A DNA stretch of 64,000 nt from an uncultured cyanobacterium (GTDB taxonomy: Bacteria; Cyanobacteriota; Cyanobacteriia; Pseudanabaenales; Pseudanabaenaceae): NCBI GenBank assembly GCA_963703315.1, contig OY969811.1:3136001-3200000 (forward strand). Reading direction: 5' to 3'. Shown piece by piece: positions 36,867-47,364 of the stretch. How positions within the stretch are numbered: the first letter of the stretch is position 1; each line of letters begins with the position of its first letter. The position numbers and the translations under genes are program-made. Below the pieces are notes generated by a model. The model did no database searches and was not told where the DNA came from. It saw only the letters and a list, made by a program, of their open reading frames with translations.

Positions 36867-37097
36867 ATAATTTACTTCAAAGGTGAGATGTTTATGGTTT
36901 AATGGTGGTTCGGGGGAGTCAATAATGCTTTGTTACAGTACTTCTTAGTAGCTAAACTTTATAGTTTCTAGGATTTCAAGATTTTGGCAAACTGAATATC
37001 TAGCAAAGCTATTAGAAAATATATATTCTTAAAATATGTGTTACGAGGGGAAGTCTGATCCAAACTCAATAGTTGAATTTTGTAATCGGTAATCATT

Positions 37098-38396
37098 ATG
37101 GTGTACACCTCTATTAATGTAGATGATGTGACTCAAAAAGATCAAAGACAGTCTGCTAGAGAGACATTAAAAAACCTAGAAATCTGCAAAGATGGATGTG
37201 TATATATTGTCCGCGATCGCATTCGTTGGTCTTTTTATATTGAGAAGGGAAAATTAGTCTATGCTTCCCACTCATTAGATAGCTTTGAGAGACTAGAAAG
37301 ACATTTACGGGCGCTAAGTCGAGAACTACCAGCCCTCAATGACAAATTGCGATCGCAGCTACGTCTAATGTTTGACGATCCCAATCCTGAAAATGCTAAG
37401 TACAAAGTAACCACTGAAATTCTCTGTACTGAATACCTTGCCATTTTATGGCTAGTCGGTGAGGGGCATCTACCCAAACCAATGGCAGGTAAATTGGTTG
37501 CCCGTATTATTCAAGAAGTAGTGGAGTCCTTTCTGTGCTTACCCAGTGGGGAATTCAGCAACATTTATTATGAGCATTTCTTAAAAGAAACCTATTGCAG
37601 TTTATCGGTTGATCGCATTCTCGAAGTTGTTACCCAACGGCTCCAAGCTTGGTACAGTCTTGGTCCCACCATTTGCTCACCCTATCAATGTCCCTATCTG
37701 GTTAGTCAAACATCTGCGGAAAAGCGAATGTCAGTGGAGACTGTCCAGAGACTTGGGCGCATTCTGCGTGGTTTTAACTTCTGTCAGTTAGGCGCATTAC
37801 TCGGCAAAGATCCTCTCGCGATCGCCAAACAACTGACTCCTCTAATTAGTGATGGCTCAATTTTATTGAGAGATCCCTTATCTCCTTTTGATATGTTGCC
37901 GCGCACCTATTATCTAGCCCCTGAAGAGGAGAGAGAAAACATCGAAAAGCTCTCCGAAACATTTACTGATGAAGCTAGCTCAGAAGATGATATATCTGGT
38001 ATTTCACAGGTTTTTATCAGCCAGCCAGTCAAAACGTGGAAAGTTGTTTGTATTGATGACAGCGAATCAATGCTCAGCATTATTAACAGCTATTTGGGTA
38101 GAGAAGATTTTCAAGTTACCCTCATTCAAGATTCGATGAAAGCACTGTTAAGAATTACTTCTATCCGTCCTGATTTGATCTTGCTAGATATCGGAATGCC
38201 CAATGTTGATGGATATCAACTTTGCTCTCTAATTCGTAAGTCATCTATTCTAAAAGACATTCCGATTGTGATGGTGACAGGAAACAAAGGCTTGATTGAT
38301 CGCGCCCGTGCCAGAATCGCAGGAGCAACGGATTATCTGACCAAACCTTTTGTCCAAGCTGATTTATTAAAAATGATGATACGGCATCTGATGTGA
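37098..38396 (+). CDS. PatA-type response regulator (PATAN-like domain plus receiver)
   Basis: C-terminal receiver (CIDDS, LLDIGMP, DYLTKP); first gene of a taxis operon. Confidence 0.88.
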   Translation: MVYTSINVDDVTQKDQRQSARETLKNLEICKDGCVYIVRDRIRWSFYIEKGKLVYASHSLDSFERLERHLRALSRELPALNDKLRSQLRLMFDDPNPENAKYKVTTEILCTEYLAILWLVGEGHLPKPMAGKLVARIIQEVVESFLCLPSGEFSNIYYEHFLKETYCSLSVDRILEVVTQRLQAWYSLGPTICSPYQCPYLVSQTSAEKRMSVETVQRLGRILRGFNFCQLGALLGKDPLAIAKQLTPLISDGSILLRDPLSPFDMLPRTYYLAPEEERENIEKLSETFTDEASSEDDISGISQVFISQPVKTWKVVCIDDSESMLSIINSYLGREDFQVTLIQDSMKALLRITSIRPDLILLDIGMPNVDGYQLCSLIRKSSILKDIPIVMVTGNKGLIDRARARIAGATDYLTKPFVQADLLKMMIRHLM

Positions 38397-38596
38397 GTAT
38401 TTACTAGGAATATTTATTTAGAGCAGTTAACTCCTCCAAATCTAAAAATGTCCTCCTTTTATATGGTATGTTTATGTTTTTATTAAGAATTAACTAGTCA
38501 GACAGAATAGGATTAATCACAAAAGCCAAATCTTGTCCGCAACAGCCTTAGTTAGTAAAGAAAATCAAAGAAACAGAATTAGAGTGAGTACGCATT

Positions 38597-38956
38597 ATGA
38601 CGACAGTTCTTGTAGTTGAAGATACTGCTTCTGAGCAGGATTTAATTGTTAGTTATTTAGTTGAAAGTGGTTACAGTGTAATCAGTGCCACTAATGGACA
38701 AGAAGCCCTAAAAAAAATCGAAGGTAAGAAGCCTGATGTCGTGGTTACGGATTTGGTAATGCCTGGAATGAGCGGATTAGAGCTATGCCGCAGTCTCAAA
38801 AAAAATAGTGAAACCAAGGATGTGCCGATCGTGGCTTGTACCTCGAAAAACCAAGAACTCGACAAACTATGGGGAATGAAACAGGGCATTGATGTCTATG
38901 TTACTAAGCCTTTCACCCGTGAGGATATTTTACGCGCAGTCCGTTCTGTTGCCTAA
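38597..38956 (+). CDS. CheY/PilH-like single receiver
   Basis: VVED, TDLVMP, CTSKNQELD and KPF motifs. Confidence 0.93.
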   Translation: MTTVLVVEDTASEQDLIVSYLVESGYSVISATNGQEALKKIEGKKPDVVVTDLVMPGMSGLELCRSLKKNSETKDVPIVACTSKNQELDKLWGMKQGIDVYVTKPFTREDILRAVRSVA

Positions 38957-39059
38957 ATTTGGTGGACTAATTGTTAGGGCTTGGACATCAAGTCCCAACA
39001 ATTAGGGGCTATCGACCTAAACGAAAACTTTGTGGATACATAACTAAGGAGACAAAATT

Positions 39060-39425
39060 TTGATTACAGTATTGGTTGTAGAGGATACGCCTTCCGAACG
39101 TGAGTTGATCTGCGATTACCTGCGGCAGGGAGGGTATACGGTAGTAAGTGCTACGAATGGGACAGAAGGATTAGAGAAGTTTACTAAAACTAATCCCAAT
39201 GTGGTAATTACGGATTTGGTAATGCCCGGCATGAGTGGGTTAGAACTCTGCCGCGCAATCAAAAAAGTTGCTACAACCAAAGTACCTGTGATTGCTTGTA
39301 CTTCTAAAAACCAAGAACTCGATCGCCTTTGGGGAATGAAACAAGGTGTCGATGTTTATCTCACGAAGCCTTTTACGAAGGAGGATATCTTACAAGCAGT
39401 GCGATCGCTGGGTTTAGGAGGATGA
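39060..39425 (+). CDS. Second CheY/PilH-like single receiver (TTG start)
   Basis: Close paralog of 38597-38956; RBS aaggag upstream. Confidence 0.9.
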   Translation: MITVLVVEDTPSERELICDYLRQGGYTVVSATNGTEGLEKFTKTNPNVVITDLVMPGMSGLELCRAIKKVATTKVPVIACTSKNQELDRLWGMKQGVDVYLTKPFTKEDILQAVRSLGLGG

Positions 39426-39426
39426 T

Positions 39427-39939
39427 ATGAGCAGCAACCTGACGATCGAATTACGCGAAGATCAGACGCAGGCGATCGCAAGTCTGCCCTACCTCACCTT
39501 GCAACTAAATCGTGATGTGACCGTAGCATTACCACTCAAAACTGTCCGCGAAACCCTAGTACTCGCCACCGAGAGATTTACGCAAATGCCCAATGTGCAT
39601 CCCTGTCTTATGGGATTAGTTGAGCATCGTAGTAATGTTTTTTGGGTGCTTGACTTACCGCAATTTTTAGGGTTTGAGCCCCTTGACTCTACTTCTATTG
39701 AGACACATATTGCCGTCTTACAAATTGGTGGAGCATTTCTGGGCTTAGGTGTGTATCGGATTGGGCGAGTTGTCCGTTTTACGGAAGCTGAAATTACTTC
39801 TCCAGAAGAGCTACCCAAAAACAAAATTCCGATGGAGACTGTACCATTTTTGCGTGGTTGTATAGTTCCACCTGAAGACACTAACCCTCTATATGTTTTA
39901 GATACAGAGGCGATCACCAACTATCAATTCGCCCAATAG
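39427..39939 (+). CDS. CheW-like adaptor
   Basis: MPNVHPCLMGLVEHR..VFWVLDL pattern; operon context. Confidence 0.9.
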   Translation: MSSNLTIELREDQTQAIASLPYLTLQLNRDVTVALPLKTVRETLVLATERFTQMPNVHPCLMGLVEHRSNVFWVLDLPQFLGFEPLDSTSIETHIAVLQIGGAFLGLGVYRIGRVVRFTEAEITSPEELPKNKIPMETVPFLRGCIVPPEDTNPLYVLDTEAITNYQFAQ

Positions 39940-39980
39940 CCTTTTCTTTTTTCTCTTTTTGAAAAGCGGAGTTTACCCCT

Positions 39981-42302
39981 ATGATTCTCGATTCCCGTTC
40001 TCGCACCGATAGCCCTGAAACAATCAATAGTAATGGTGATAATTCTAGTAATGGTTCTAGTAATGGAACCTACGAAACCTTAGAGATCAAGACTCCTGAC
40101 ATTTTGATTCCAGTCGCACCTGAATCTAAACGAAAGTCGCTTGGACAGTGGTGGCAATCTCTGGGCTTGCGGACAAAAACGACGATTATCTCCGTTACCG
40201 CGATTACCATACCTTTGTTAGCAATTGGTGGATTTACCTATTATTACGTCGGTCAAGATATCACCAAATCAACACAACAAGCTAAAGCGCTACGGGCGAA
40301 CGGGATGGCATATCGAGCTGCATACTTCATGCGAGAGCGATTTTCAGATATTCAAGTACTATCGAAGTTGTCATTTTTGATCAATCCCAAGATCTCCGCC
40401 GTCTCTACATTTCAAGAACGTCAGGCTGTTTTGAATGATTACATCAAAAGCTACATTGTTTACGACAGTATTGCGGCATTTGACCTGAATGGCAATCTGA
40501 TTATCCAGTCCCAAGGCACTCTACTGACCAACCACAGCGATCGCGATTATTTCCAAGAAGTACTCAAAACTAATGCGCCTGTCGTTAGCCAACCAGAAGT
40601 TTCTAAATCTTCTGGTAAAGTGGTAATTCACTTCGCGGCTCCAATTAAGGATTCGGTTACAGGGAAAACCACTGGGGTGATTCGGTCACGGATGTATATT
40701 GATTATCTTGAAGACCTGATTAAGGACTTTAGCCGTGATGGTGAGCAGTATCACATGGCTGAAGCAGATGGAAAGTTTTTTGTTGCCTTGGAAAAAGAGA
40801 AAGTTGGTCGTGTACTCAAAACAGAGTTGCCTACATTTGTTCCCGCCATTGCTAAACGCGAAATTGCACTGGGGGAAACCATTAACTCACTTAGTAACAA
40901 GGAGCAATTTGTTGGTTATTCGCCTCTACCAAAGTTGGAGGGATTGCCTGATTTAAAATGGGATGCGCTTATTACGATTGACAAAGATATCGCACTTAAA
41001 CCATTGCAACAATTGTTGTTCATCCTATTGGGTGCGACGGGATCTGTGGCGATTTTGGCAGCAGTATTTGCGATCGCGATCGCTCAACGTGCTACCAAAC
41101 CCGTAATCGAAGCAACAGCCGCAGTTATCGATCTCGGTCAAGGTAAGTTAGACACTCGTTTAACTGTACAGGGTCAAGATGAACTTGCACAGTTAGGAGA
41201 TAACATCAACTTGATGGCGGAACAGTTGCAAGAATTTATTGCTCTGCAAGAAGACCAAAAACGGCAATCTGAAGAGTTAGCAGAAAGGGAACGTCTTCGT
41301 AGTGAATCTATTCAACGCGAGTTAATTACGCTCTTAACAGATGTTGAAGGCGCGGCAAGTGGAGACTTAACTGTTCGCGCTCAAATCTCGGCTGGTGAAA
41401 TTGGGATTGTTGCTGACTTCTTTAACGCGATCGTGGAAAGTTTACGGGACGTTGTCACACAGGTAAAAGAAGCGACTTTGCAGGTAAATACTTCGGTAAA
41501 TACTAACAATGAATCAATTCGGAACCTAGCCCAAGATGCAGCTTTACAAGCAGAACAATTAGATGAAGCGCTCCAATCCGTAGAACAGATGACGGACTCC
41601 ATTCAACAAGTGGCAAGTAACGCGAGACAGGCGGCTGATGCATCTAACCAAGCGGCGGCAACCGCAGAAACTGGTAGCGTCGCGATCGAGCAGTCGGCAT
41701 CTAGTATTCTGCAACTACGTCAAACTGTTGCGGACACAACGAAAAAGGTAAAACGACTTGGTGAAGCATCGCAACAAATTTCTAAGGTTGTCGTTCTGAT
41801 CGATCAAATCGCCCTGAAAACAAATATGTTGGCGGTAAACGCTAGTATTGAGGCAGCGCGTGCGGGTGAAGAAGGTCGAGGCTTTGCGGTGGTTGCGGAA
41901 GAAGTTGGTGCGTTGGCGGCACAGTCAGCAACAGCAACTAAAGAAATTGCCCGCATTGTCGAAACCATTCAACAGGAAACTAGTGAAGTGGTTGAATCAA
42001 TGGAAGCGAGTACTTTACAAGTGGTTGAAGGTACAAACAAGGTTGAAGATGCACGAAAGAGCTTGAGTCAGATTGTGGAAGTGGCAAGAAGGGTAAACGA
42101 ACTCTTCCAAGGTATTTCCAATGCGACAACTTCACAGGTACAAACTTCGCAGTCAGTGAAGCAGGTTATGGAGAATCTCTCGACTCAATCACAGAAATCT
42201 TCGGAAACTTCTCGTGAGGTGGCGATCGCTCTTCAAGAAACCGCTAACGTTGCCAGTAAGTTACAGGCTTCGGTAGAGACGTTTAAGGTTGAGGCTGCTT
42301 AA
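39981..42302 (+). CDS. Methyl-accepting chemotaxis protein (TM-dCache-TM-HAMP-MA)
   Basis: DRDYFQ Cache motif, HAMP DELAQL..N.N.M and signalling tip [26 protein letters not shown]. Confidence 0.95.
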   Translation: MILDSRSRTDSPETINSNGDNSSNGSSNGTYETLEIKTPDILIPVAPESKRKSLGQWWQSLGLRTKTTIISVTAITIPLLAIGGFTYYYVGQDITKSTQQAKALRANGMAYRAAYFMRERFSDIQVLSKLSFLINPKISAVSTFQERQAVLNDYIKSYIVYDSIAAFDLNGNLIIQSQGTLLTNHSDRDYFQEVLKTNAPVVSQPEVSKSSGKVVIHFAAPIKDSVTGKTTGVIRSRMYIDYLEDLIKDFSRDGEQYHMAEADGKFFVALEKEKVGRVLKTELPTFVPAIAKREIALGETINSLSNKEQFVGYSPLPKLEGLPDLKWDALITIDKDIALKPLQQLLFILLGATGSVAILAAVFAIAIAQRATKPVIEATAAVIDLGQGKLDTRLTVQGQDELAQLGDNINLMAEQLQEFIALQEDQKRQSEELAERERLRSESIQRELITLLTDVEGAASGDLTVRAQISAGEIGIVADFFNAIVESLRDVVTQVKEATLQVNTSVNTNNESIRNLAQDAALQAEQLDEALQSVEQMTDSIQQVASNARQAADASNQAAATAETGSVAIEQSASSILQLRQTVADTTKKVKRLGEASQQISKVVVLIDQIALKTNMLAVNASIEAARAGEEGRGFAVVAEEVGALAAQSATATKEIARIVETIQQETSEVVESMEASTLQVVEGTNKVEDARKSLSQIVEVARRVNELFQGISNATTSQVQTSQSVKQVMENLSTQSQKSSETSREVAIALQETANVASKLQASVETFKVEAA

Positions 42303-42351
42303 TTTTTGAAGTCTGTGCAAGGCACAGACTTCAAAAACGATTCAACAACTA

Positions 42352-45309
42352 GTGGAGGTCGATATGCCAACAAATACATTAAGCGATCGCGAGTGGCAAG
42401 TACGCTTACTATTTCTCGATGAAGTCAAAGACTTTTTAGCAGATATTGAGACAGAAACAATTGGGTTGAGCGATCGCGGTTTACAGCGATCAATAGTCGA
42501 TAAAGTATTACGGGCAGCCCATTCGATGAAGGGTGGTGCGGCGATGATGGGCTTTCTGGTTCTCAGTGAACTCGCCCATCGCTTAGAAGACTTTTTTAAG
42601 ATTTTGCAAGCGAAGAAACGAACCGAAATCTCGCCTGCAATGGAAAGTCTGCTTCTTGCGGCGATCGATGGTATGGGTAAGGTTGCCAATATTCATAAGC
42701 AGCGCAAAACTCCTGACCATAGATGGTTGCAGGAGTATATCAACCCACCCTTTGACCACCTGCACGACATTTTAGGAGATTTATCGGCGCAAGATGAAGC
42801 CAGTCTGCTGTCTGAGGAAGCAGGGCAGGATATGCGGATACTCATGTTCTCAACAGAGGTAGATGCGTGCTTAGAACGTTTAAGTAATGTGCTTGCTGAT
42901 GCCAATTCCCAAGTATTACGTGAAGAGTTTGAACTCACCAGTCAAGAATTTGGATGCTTGGGGGAAATGTTGGAATTACCAGCATTTAGCAGTCTTTGTG
43001 CAGAAATTACTGAGGCTTTAGCAGATAGGGAGAAGAATTTACGGGAAGTGACAACTGCGGCTTTAGAAGCTTGGCGGCGATCGCAAGCTCTCGTTTTAGT
43101 CAGTCAATTTCAGGCTTTACCAGAACATTTTGAAATATCCAATTCAACATTAAAGCCATTAGAAACAGTTGCAGTTGCTCCAAGTACTTCTACAGAAGAA
43201 CTAGCAGAGACATTTTTTAATACTAACTTTGTCTATGAAGATTCTACACTTACCATTGATCAATCTTCCATAGATATGATCGAGGATCTACAAGATAGTG
43301 TAACGATTCCTCCAAATTCGTTAGAAACTGTAGATAAGGTGGAGAACAATCTAAATGCGACCATTCGGATACCTTTACGTCAGCTAGAATCTCTAAGCGA
43401 TCGCTTCGGCGAGTTGAATGCAGAACGTAGTGGCTTGCGCCTACAGTTAAAAAGAATGCGGGATCTTGTCCAGCTTCTCCATACGAGAATGCATGGTTTA
43501 GAGCAATCTAATTCTCAATTACGAGAAGCTTATGATCAGGTAGTAACATCATCGGAACCGTTTATTCCCATTAATACTGTAGTTGCTTCTGAAAATCCAT
43601 CAGAGATGCTTAAAGGCGATCTCAAGGGTGATCGCTATGCCAATCCAAATAGTGGTGCATTTCTACCATATACGAGTCGATTTGACTTATTAGAAATGGA
43701 TTCCTATAGCGAACTGCATATCCTATCACGGGAAATTATGGATAGCGTGGTGCAGTTACAGGAGGTTTCTAGTGATTTAGAAACAGCTTTAACCGATACT
43801 GAAAGTACGGAAAGGGAACTGGGACGAGCATCACGGCAAATGCAGATTGCGATCGAGCAAGCCAGAATGCGAATGCTCAGTGAGACCTTAGGGAAATTTC
43901 CGCGTCTACTAAGGGATCTATCTCTGGCGCATGGCAAACAGGTGGAACTGGTATTACGTGGTAGCTCGACTTTGGTGGAGCGATCGGTTTTAGAATTTTT
44001 AGAAGATCCACTGCTACACCTGATTCGTAACGCTTTTGATCATGGGATCGAAACCCCTGAAGCTCGTGTTGCTGCGGGTAAACCACCCAAAGGAAAAATC
44101 GAAATTGCCGCAGGTTATCGAGGTAACCAAACTGTAATTACGGTCAGTGATGATGGTAATGGCATTGATTTTGCGAAGCTGCGCGATCGCGCTTTGCAGA
44201 TGGGTTTAGAGGAGAGCGATCTGGACAATTCCACTGAAGCAGAATTACTAGAATTAATTTTTGAGGCGGGCTTTAGTACGTCTGAGCGTGTGACCGAACT
44301 CTCAGGACGTGGCGTAGGCATGGATGTAGTACGGTCAAACCTGAATTTCATTGGCGGTAATATTCGCATTGAAACCGAAGCAGGTCAAGGGACAACTTTT
44401 ATTTTGACCGTACCTGTCTCTCTCTCGATCGCCCGTGTGCTTTTGTTTGAGAGCAATAACTTGCAGATGGCGATTTTGACTAGTGCTGTTGAAGAAATTT
44501 TGCTGGTTGAAGATATTACGATCTACACAGTTGCTAATCAAGAAGTCATCGATTGGGAAGGATATTCTGTGCCTCTATTAAAGCTCAGCGATCGCCTCCA
44601 CTTTGCGCGTCCTCAAATCCAAATTGAAACTGAAAACCGCCCCATTGTTGACGAACCCTTAGTGCTGATTGTCGCCCATAACAATGTTCCCTTTGGATTA
44701 CAAGTTAGTCGCTATTGGGGAGAACAGGAGGTCACTATTCGCAATGTCCAGAGTCTGATCCCCATGCCAACAGGCTTTATGGGTTGTGCAATTCTGGGTG
44801 GTGGCAAGCTAGTACCACTAGTTGATATTGACAACTTACTCGATTGGGCAATCATTGATGCAGACGCACCACCTAGCAAAACCCTGTCATTACCATCCGA
44901 AAGGAAAGATCGGCGCACGACAATTCTCGTAGTTGATGATTCAATTAATGTGCGGAGATTCCTTGCCATGACCTTAGAAAAGTCGGGGTATCGTGTCGAG
45001 CAAGCCAAGGATGGTCATGAAGCAATGGAGAAATTGCGAAAACTCCAAACTCTGTCAAAAGATTCCAGAGTCAGCGCTGTCATTTGTGACATTGAAATGC
45101 CTAGACTTGATGGATTTGGCTTCTTAGTTCAATCCCGTAGTGATGATCATTGCAAAGACATTCCTGTAGTCATGCTCACCTCCCGTAGCGGCGCAAAACA
45201 TCGAGATTTAGCCATGCGTTTAGGAGCCTCAGCATATTTTGCCAAACCCTTTAAAGATAATGAACTTTTGCAGACCCTATCACAGCTTGTCCTTAATTCA
45301 AGCTCTTGA
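42352..45309 (+). CDS. CheA-like hybrid kinase (Hpt, HATPase, CheW, receiver)
   Basis: RAAHSMKG, HLIRNAFDHGIE, SGRGVGMDVV and C-terminal receiver CDIEMP. Confidence 0.95.
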   Translation: MEVDMPTNTLSDREWQVRLLFLDEVKDFLADIETETIGLSDRGLQRSIVDKVLRAAHSMKGGAAMMGFLVLSELAHRLEDFFKILQAKKRTEISPAMESLLLAAIDGMGKVANIHKQRKTPDHRWLQEYINPPFDHLHDILGDLSAQDEASLLSEEAGQDMRILMFSTEVDACLERLSNVLADANSQVLREEFELTSQEFGCLGEMLELPAFSSLCAEITEALADREKNLREVTTAALEAWRRSQALVLVSQFQALPEHFEISNSTLKPLETVAVAPSTSTEELAETFFNTNFVYEDSTLTIDQSSIDMIEDLQDSVTIPPNSLETVDKVENNLNATIRIPLRQLESLSDRFGELNAERSGLRLQLKRMRDLVQLLHTRMHGLEQSNSQLREAYDQVVTSSEPFIPINTVVASENPSEMLKGDLKGDRYANPNSGAFLPYTSRFDLLEMDSYSELHILSREIMDSVVQLQEVSSDLETALTDTESTERELGRASRQMQIAIEQARMRMLSETLGKFPRLLRDLSLAHGKQVELVLRGSSTLVERSVLEFLEDPLLHLIRNAFDHGIETPEARVAAGKPPKGKIEIAAGYRGNQTVITVSDDGNGIDFAKLRDRALQMGLEESDLDNSTEAELLELIFEAGFSTSERVTELSGRGVGMDVVRSNLNFIGGNIRIETEAGQGTTFILTVPVSLSIARVLLFESNNLQMAILTSAVEEILLVEDITIYTVANQEVIDWEGYSVPLLKLSDRLHFARPQIQIETENRPIVDEPLVLIVAHNNVPFGLQVSRYWGEQEVTIRNVQSLIPMPTGFMGCAILGGGKLVPLVDIDNLLDWAIIDADAPPSKTLSLPSERKDRRTTILVVDDSINVRRFLAMTLEKSGYRVEQAKDGHEAMEKLRKLQTLSKDSRVSAVICDIEMPRLDGFGFLVQSRSDDHCKDIPVVMLTSRSGAKHRDLAMRLGASAYFAKPFKDNELLQTLSQLVLNSSS

Positions 45310-45383
45310 TTGTTACTGTTTGCCTTCTCATTAATGCCGATCGCGTTGCAAGCTCACAAACTTTAAATTTACACTAAATAACT

Positions 45384-45905
45384 ATGGCTGCTATTTCTTC
45401 TTTGCGATCGCAACGACTTCTAGAAAACCGATCTGATATTGCTGGGCAATATGTTGCTTTTCGACTACGCATCGCATGGTTTATTTTACCAATCGCCTCT
45501 ATTTATCGAGTAATTCCCCTTGAGAAACAGGTTCCCAAAGTTACACTTGAAGGTAACAATATTCCACTCCTTGACCTTGGGAAATTGCTATTTAGTCAAA
45601 CCAATGTCCAAAGTAGTAACATTCAACAATTAGTCGTTAATGGTGCTGTGGTTGCTTCCAAGCCCTCCTTAATTATTGTGAGTAATCATAACGATGAGTT
45701 AGTTGGTTTACTCAGCAATTCTCAACCAGCACTCCAACGAGTTTCGCAAGATGAGATTGTCTCCTTGCCGACCACCTATAGCCAGAGATGGAAAGTTGAT
45801 TTTATTACTGCCATGACTCTTCCTATTCAAGACCGTCCTTCGCTTTTTTCCATTGATAGCGATCGCCTTGTAGAAGCAGTTTTGAGAAAGAAACAGTTAA
45901 CATAA
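45384..45905 (+). CDS. CheW-like protein
   Basis: Follows cheA; YVAFRL and IPLLDL pattern. Confidence 0.7.
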   Translation: MAAISSLRSQRLLENRSDIAGQYVAFRLRIAWFILPIASIYRVIPLEKQVPKVTLEGNNIPLLDLGKLLFSQTNVQSSNIQQLVVNGAVVASKPSLIIVSNHNDELVGLLSNSQPALQRVSQDEIVSLPTTYSQRWKVDFITAMTLPIQDRPSLFSIDSDRLVEAVLRKKQLT

Positions 45906-45918
45906 GATTGGTTAGTAT

Positions 45919-45967
45919 AGAGAAATTTTTGAAAGCGCGGCTTCGCCGCGCTTTCAAAAATTTCTCT
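45919..45967 (+). terminator. Long palindrome after the taxis operon
   Basis: agagaaatttttgaaagcgcggc-ttc-gccgcgctttcaaaaatttctct. Confidence 0.65.
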
Positions 45968-46011
45968 GGGTTTCAATTCAGCGCAAAGTGCTGTAGGACT
46001 TATGTAAATAC

Positions 46012-47256
46012 ATGAAAATATTGTTAGTAGAAGAAGATGAAGAATTAATTTCTATCCTCACTAAAAGTCTCGCGGAACATCACTATATTGTGGATGTCGT
46101 CAAAGATGGGGAAATGGGTTGGAGCTATGGCTCAACCTTTGAGTATGACTTGGTTATATTAGATATCTTACTGTCAAAATTAGATGGCATTAGTCTCTGC
46201 GATCGCTTTCGTACAGAGGGATATGAAATGCCCATCATCTTACTCACTAACGAAACTAAAAGCAATCTAAAAATCACTGGACTAGACGTAGGAGCCGATG
46301 ATTGTATAGTCAAGCCTATAGATGTCCCAGAATTAATTGCCCGAATTCGCGCTTTATTAAGAAGAAGTAATGCTAGTTCTTTTCCCTTGTTAGTTTGGGG
46401 AGATTTATTACTCAATCCTAGTACCTGTGAAGTTTTCTACAATCGCCAACTCTTAACCCTGACCAATAAAGAATATGAAATATTAGAACTTTTGCTACGG
46501 GATAGCCAACATTTACTTAGTGCTGATGAGCTTCTCGAACGCCTCTGGTCTTCCGATGATTATCCCTCAGAGGCAACCTTGCGATCGCATATTCGCCGAT
46601 TGCGCCATAAATTAGCAGCAGCAGGCGCTCCTTCAGATTTTATTGCGACTGTGCATGGACGTGGTTACTATCTCAAAGCTCCAGACTTTGTAAAACCACT
46701 GTCAGATAAGTTTGTAGATTCTTATTTAATTAGTCCATCAAGCGCTACTTCCCAGTTCCATCAACGACAGTCACCATCTCAAAGCGTTACTCTTATTGAA
46801 AATAATGCAGTTGAAGCGCTCGCTTCCATATCATCCTCATTTATGATTAATCAGTTTCAAATGGGTGTAAAGGTGATGGTTGTTGATGATGACACTGAGC
46901 ATCTGCGATCGCTACCTGATCTGCTTGCACCTTGGGAATTCAAAGTCACCACCCTTGACAATTCACAGGAGTTTTGGACAGTTTTAGAATCGGTCTTACC
47001 TGATGTATTGTTATTAGAAGTGAATATACCGCGCATTAATGGATTAGAGCTTTGTCAGAAACTCAGAAATAATCCCAAATGGCAAGGTTTACCAGTTTTA
47101 TTTTTGAGTACCATAACTGATGTCAGTACTCAGCATCTAGCTTTTAGTGTTGGTGCTGATGACTATTTATGTAAACCCATTGAGGCGATCGATCTCGCAA
47201 ACCGTATTCACAATCGACTCCAACGCATTAGAGCCTACACCAAATCCGATTTATAG
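46012..47256 (+). CDS. OmpR-family response regulator with an extra C-terminal receiver (RcaC-like)
   Basis: Receiver plus winged helix (HIRRLRHKL, TVHGRGY), then a second receiver (VVDDD, LLEVNIP, DDYLCKP). Confidence 0.88.
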   Translation: MKILLVEEDEELISILTKSLAEHHYIVDVVKDGEMGWSYGSTFEYDLVILDILLSKLDGISLCDRFRTEGYEMPIILLTNETKSNLKITGLDVGADDCIVKPIDVPELIARIRALLRRSNASSFPLLVWGDLLLNPSTCEVFYNRQLLTLTNKEYEILELLLRDSQHLLSADELLERLWSSDDYPSEATLRSHIRRLRHKLAAAGAPSDFIATVHGRGYYLKAPDFVKPLSDKFVDSYLISPSSATSQFHQRQSPSQSVTLIENNAVEALASISSSFMINQFQMGVKVMVVDDDTEHLRSLPDLLAPWEFKVTTLDNSQEFWTVLESVLPDVLLLEVNIPRINGLELCQKLRNNPKWQGLPVLFLSTITDVSTQHLAFSVGADDYLCKPIEAIDLANRIHNRLQRIRAYTKSDL

Positions 47257-47364
47257 CTGTTGCCATTTGTATGACAGTGCATTACAGCGCTTTGTGACCC
47301 AAAACAAGAAAAAGTTTAAAAGCGTTGCTTTGCAACGCTTTTAAACTTTTTCTTGGAGTTCGTT

